Of a stretch of 64,000 bases of DNA, positions 60,624-64,000 are shown in pieces. The translations under genes were made by a program, and so were the position numbers. The stretch comes from Rhizaria sp. SCN 62-66 (taxonomy: Eukaryota). Within the stretch, counting starts at the first letter, position 1; the number at the start of each line of letters is the position of its first letter. The notes under the pieces were generated by a model. That model searched no databases. It had not been told where the DNA came from and was given only the letters and a program-made list of their open reading frames with translations. The stretch is taken from positions 1 through 64,000 of the forward strand of contig MEDY01000255.1 in NCBI GenBank assembly GCA_001724265.1, in the 5' to 3' direction.

Positions 60624-63600
60624 TTACGAGTGCATCTCGCTGACTAGGTCGGCGTAGGACCCGACCGGCTCCGCCGCCCTGCCCGCCGCCGCAGCGGCCG
60701 CGGCCCTGGCGGCGGCCGCGGCCTTGCCCGCCGCGCCGCCGGCCACGCGGCCCTGCTCGAAGCACGCTGCGAGATCCGCGGGGAGCTCCTCCCCGAGCAA
60801 CAGCAGACTCAGCTGGGCGCGCGCAGCAGTGGCCACGGCAGCAGAGTCGGCGTCCCAGGCCGTGTCGCCCACCAGAGCCACCGCGCGCCGCAGCCGCTCC
60901 GCGCCGGACAGGGTTAAGGGGGCACTTAGACCTCCACTGTTGGCGTTGTTGACGATCGCAAGGGGCCCGAGGCCGAGGTCGGCGGCGGAGAGCGGGGCGA
61001 GGACCGTGAGCAGCCCCGTCGCGGTCATGCGGCGCAGCTTCGGGTAGCGGTGGGTCAGGAGTGCCAGCAACACGCGCAGCACGTCGACGAACGGGTGGCG
61101 CGCGGGGCTGGGCGCGGCAGACTCGGGGAACGCGGCGGGGCTGTCTAAGGGGGTACTTAAACCCTCGAACGGGTAGGCCGCGGTGCCCGGCAGCGCAGCC
61201 AGGCAACGAGGCGTGCGCCTAGTAGTTGTCGCAGCAGCAGCAGCAGCAGCAGCAGCCTGGTCATTGGCATCACTGGCACTGGCACCGGCACTGCTGTTGA
61301 ACACAGGGGGGCATGCGTTGGCGGAGAGCGCGGCCAGACTCAGCAGCACGTTGATGCCAGCCATGGTCTTGGGCACGTTGTTAGTGTTGCCGATCTCGGC
61401 GTAGACGCGCCTGTACACGGCGTAGGAGTAATAGTAAATCTCCTCGCAAGGGTCAGAGCACGAGATCACAACACTCTCCTGCTCCTGTTCCTGCTCTTGC
61501 TGCTGCTGCTGTTGCTGTGCCTGCTTGAATGCGGCGGCCGCGTTGCCCACGGCTCCGGGGCTGGGCGTCAGCACCCCGTGCGCGTGCAGCAGGTGGATCG
61601 TGGCGAACACGGGCGTTACCACGCGCGGGTCGCCGCGGTGCCGGTGCGCCAGCGCCAGCAGTCCCCACACCAGCCCGGCTGCGGGCGTCAACGGGTACGC
61701 CGCCGACAGCGCGGGATCAAACAGCAGGGGCGCGCGCACAGCCAGTGGCAGAGAGACCGCCGCACCGACGGGAGTACTACCGACAGCGCCCGCCGCCGCC
61801 GCATCCGCACCCGCGCAGCTGGCGAAAAGGCCGAACGCGGGTCCGTACTGCGCGAGCTGTAGCGCCTGCGAGTCGGGGCCCAGGATGACGCCGCCCACGG
61901 TCAGCGCCACATCAGCGAACAGCGCGGAATCGAACTCAAGCCGCGTCGCCTCCAGCGGCGTATTCGCGCTCACATTCGCACTCGCACTAGCGTTGTCATT
62001 AGCGTTGACCCTCTCAACGACCTCGTAGGGCCAGTGCAGGTCGGCGGCAAGCTGCTTCGCAACCGCATCTACGTTCTCGCCGAGCATGTTGACAGCCTCC
62101 CAGACGCCGTTGCCGCGGTCGACGGCCGCCTCGTGGTGCTCGTCCGTGGCGGCCGCGAACTCGCACAGTGCCGCCAGCGAGGACTTGAGGGTGGACTCGG
62201 TGAGACCGCCGGCCGAGAGGGCGAGGCCTGAGAGCAGGGCCGGCCGGTAGAGCACGAGCGGAAGGAGACGGGCGGCCAGACTGAAGGACATCGCGGGGGT
62301 CGACCAGTCCACCGTGCTTGCACTCGCGCTCGCACTCGCGTCAACAGAACCGGAGCTAGAGCTAGAACTAGAGCTAGAACTAACGGCAGTGGAGCTCGAA
62401 GCGGCGGTACACTGATTCTGAGTACTCGCGGTAGCACTGCTGCTGCTGCTGTTGCCAGAGGGAGCAAGGTTGATTGGCACGACCGCGTCCTTGGTGGCAT
62501 TGCGCAAGACCTCCTCTTGGAGCGCGCCCATCACGGTGAACGTGCTCAGCAGGTGCTTGTGGTGCGGGAACGGCGCCGCTAAGAGCAACAGCGAGTGCAG
62601 GGACGACAGAGCAACACCGCGGACGCGGTCGAGCTTTTCGCTGCCCTGCTGCAGCAGCGCGCGCGCGACGGTCAGGAAGACGACGGGCAGCAGCGGCAGC
62701 GAGTGGCCGTGGGCGATAGCGCGCTCGCTCACAGCCGCATCACTCTCGTTACCACCCGCACTCGCACTCGGAGCGCTCGTGCTCACAGGCGGAGCGCTTG
62801 CGCCCACGGTCGCAGTCCCAGCCGCGTCAGCGCCGCGGAGCGTGACCGCGAGCACGTGCTTGAGGCCCAGCACGGCGGCCTCGCGGACCCATGAGCCGAC
62901 GTCGCCTCGCGAGTCCGTCGCGTAATCATCAAACGCGCTCAGAAGCGTGTTGATGATGGCCACTGTCACTGCGGGGACACTGTCCACACCAGCGGCGGGT
63001 TCTGAGGGGCTGCTTGGAGGCTTGCGCAGAGCGATTGAGAGCGGGACATTGTACTTGGCCGTCTTGCCAGTACTCACGGCTGCTACAGCGCCCGCGGCAG
63101 TCTTAGTCGCGGTAGCAGCAGCAGCAGTGGGATTTCCGCTGCGGGCGGCGGCGGTGACCGCGGAGGCGGCGGCCAGGCGCGCGCGCGAGGCTGCTGCGGC
63201 CGCGGCAACGCCGCTGCTCCCACTACTGGCATTGGCCATGGCGGCGGCGATGAAGCGGTTGTACCCACTGGCGGCGGGCGCAGCAACAGGCGCAGCGGCA
63301 ACGGGGGTGGCGGGGGTCTCAGAGGGCGCGGCAGCTTGGGTGCCGCTGCTCAAGTCAGCGCGAGTGTCGCTCGCAACCGCGGCGTTCGCGAGTGCGAGCA
63401 GCTTGTCGGCCGGGATGAGCGAGTCCCACTTCGGCGCCCACTTGGTGTCCAAGGAGCACTTGGTCGTCAGCGTGACGTAGAGCTGCGCCAGCGCCTGCGC
63501 CGCGCACTGGCGGGTGCCCGGGTCGGCCTCGCACTGCGGCGAGACCGACCGCGCCAGCGCAGAGAGACACAACAGAGACAGGTCGCAGGTCTTGACGTCC

Positions 63601-64000
63601 ACGTCGGACGCCGCGACCGGGGCACTTACACTGCTGCGCGGTGTAGATGTAAGGGTGGTGAAGGCGCAGGCCGGCAGCAGGCCGAGAGCCAGCGCCAGGC
63701 CCTGCGAGGCGCTCGCCTGGCCAACGGTCGCGCTCGCGGCGCCCGCGCTAGATGCGGCGCTAGCAGCAGCAGCAGCGGGGGCAGCGGCGGGGGCGGCAGC
63801 GTTGGTCACGAGCGCAAGGGCGTAGCCGCGGACGGTGGCGTCGACGTCGAAAAGCGCGGTCAGCCGCGGGGACTTAAGCAGCGTGGCCAGCGCGTGGGCC
63901 GAGGAGAGCTGGACCGTGATCGCGGGGTGCCGGGCAGACTCGGCCAGGAACGCCATCAGGTGGGGCAAGCGCTGGGTCAGCAAGCGGCGCACGAACGCGT
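60624..64000 (-). CDS. TBCD: Tubulin-specific chaperone D, C-terminal part (5' end is outside the window)
   Basis: DDYATDSRGDVGSWVREAA, EKLDRVR, LLTHRYPKLRRMTA and terminal SYADLV are TBCD hallmarks. TAA stop. Confidence 0.9.
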   Translation of the reverse strand, partial: AFVRRLLTQRLPHLMAFLAESARHPAITVQLSSAHALATLLKSPRLTALFDVDATVRGYALALVTNAAAPAAAPAAAAASAASSAGAASATVGQASASQGLALALGLLPACAFTTLTSTPRSSVSAPVAASDVDVKTCDLSLLCLSALARSVSPQCEADPGTRQCAAQALAQLYVTLTTKCSLDTKWAPKWDSLIPADKLLALANAAVASDTRADLSSGTQAAAPSETPATPVAAAPVAAPAASGYNRFIAAAMANASSGSSGVAAAAAASRARLAAASAVTAAARSGNPTAAAATATKTAAGAVAAVSTGKTAKYNVPLSIALRKPPSSPSEPAAGVDSVPAVTVAIINTLLSAFDDYATDSRGDVGSWVREAAVLGLKHVLAVTLRGADAAGTATVGASAPPVSTSAPSASAGGNESDAAVSERAIAHGHSLPLLPVVFLTVARALLQQGSEKLDRVRGVALSSLHSLLLLAAPFPHHKHLLSTFTVMGALQEEVLRNATKDAVVPINLAPSGNSSSSSATASTQNQCTAASSSTAVSSSSSSSSSSGSVDASASASASTVDWSTPAMSFSLAARLLPLVLYRPALLSGLALSAGGLTESTLKSSLAALCEFAAATDEHHEAAVDRGNGVWEAVNMLGENVDAVAKQLAADLHWPYEVVERVNANDNASASANVSANTPLEATRLEFDSALFADVALTVGGVILGPDSQALQLAQYGPAFGLFASCAGADAAAAGAVGSTPVGAAVSLPLAVRAPLLFDPALSAAYPLTPAAGLVWGLLALAHRHRGDPRVVTPVFATIHLLHAHGVLTPSPGAVGNAAAAFKQAQQQQQQQEQEQEQESVVISCSDPCEEIYYYSYAVYRRVYAEIGNTNNVPKTMAGINVLLSLAALSANACPPVFNSSAGASASDANDQAAAAAAAAATTTRRTPRCLAALPGTAAYPFEGLSTPLDSPAAFPESAAPSPARHPFVDVLRVLLALLTHRYPKLRRMTATGLLTVLAPLSAADLGLGPLAIVNNANSGGLSAPLTLSGAERLRRAVALVGDTAWDADSAAVATAARAQLSLLLLGEELPADLAACFEQGRVAGGAAGKAAAAARAAAAAAAGRAAEPVGSYADLVSEMHS

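Noticed and set aside
1..64000. tRNA gene, especially one with a CUA anticodon
   Set aside because: No cloverleaf with a T-loop GTTCRA in proper context was spotted by eye. tRNAscan-SE is needed to be sure.

Overview
Gene-dense nuclear DNA from a eukaryote, most likely a ciliated or flagellated aerobic protist (TMEM107, NEDD1 and mitochondrial proteins are present). It has GC-rich exons, short AT-rich GT-AG introns (donor usually GTAYGT) and proteins inflated by Ala/Ser/Asn low-complexity inserts. I can build 15 protein-coding gene models: an importin-alpha-like ARM protein, TMEM107, a small membrane protein, RPA12, a COX6C/Cox9-like subunit, an N-acylated protein, PI4K-beta, a DEAH helicase-RBR fusion, cathepsin Z, CHCHD2/10, a long mitochondrial IF3-like protein, a ~5,700 aa TRIP12/UPL3-type HECT ligase, NEDD1, a bromodomain-ET protein and a partial TBCD. 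Main finding: the organism appears to use a variant genetic code in which UAG is a sense codon while UAA and UGA remain stops. Two genes contain 8 in-frame TAGs and no in-frame TAA/TGA, and all 15 gene ends are TAA (11) or TGA (4). Gln fits the contexts best, but that is inference. Second finding: the ORF-poor stretch at ~7.1-10.6 kb looks like a minus-strand non-coding host gene carrying nine box C/D snoRNA candidates, one per intron. Also noted: a recurring YTAAG-N6-CTTAR DNA motif inside exons, a frameshift at a (CAG)30 tract in PI4K, and two inverted-repeat structures. All homology calls are from remembered motifs, not database searches. I saw no tRNA gene, so the decoding machinery cannot be checked here.
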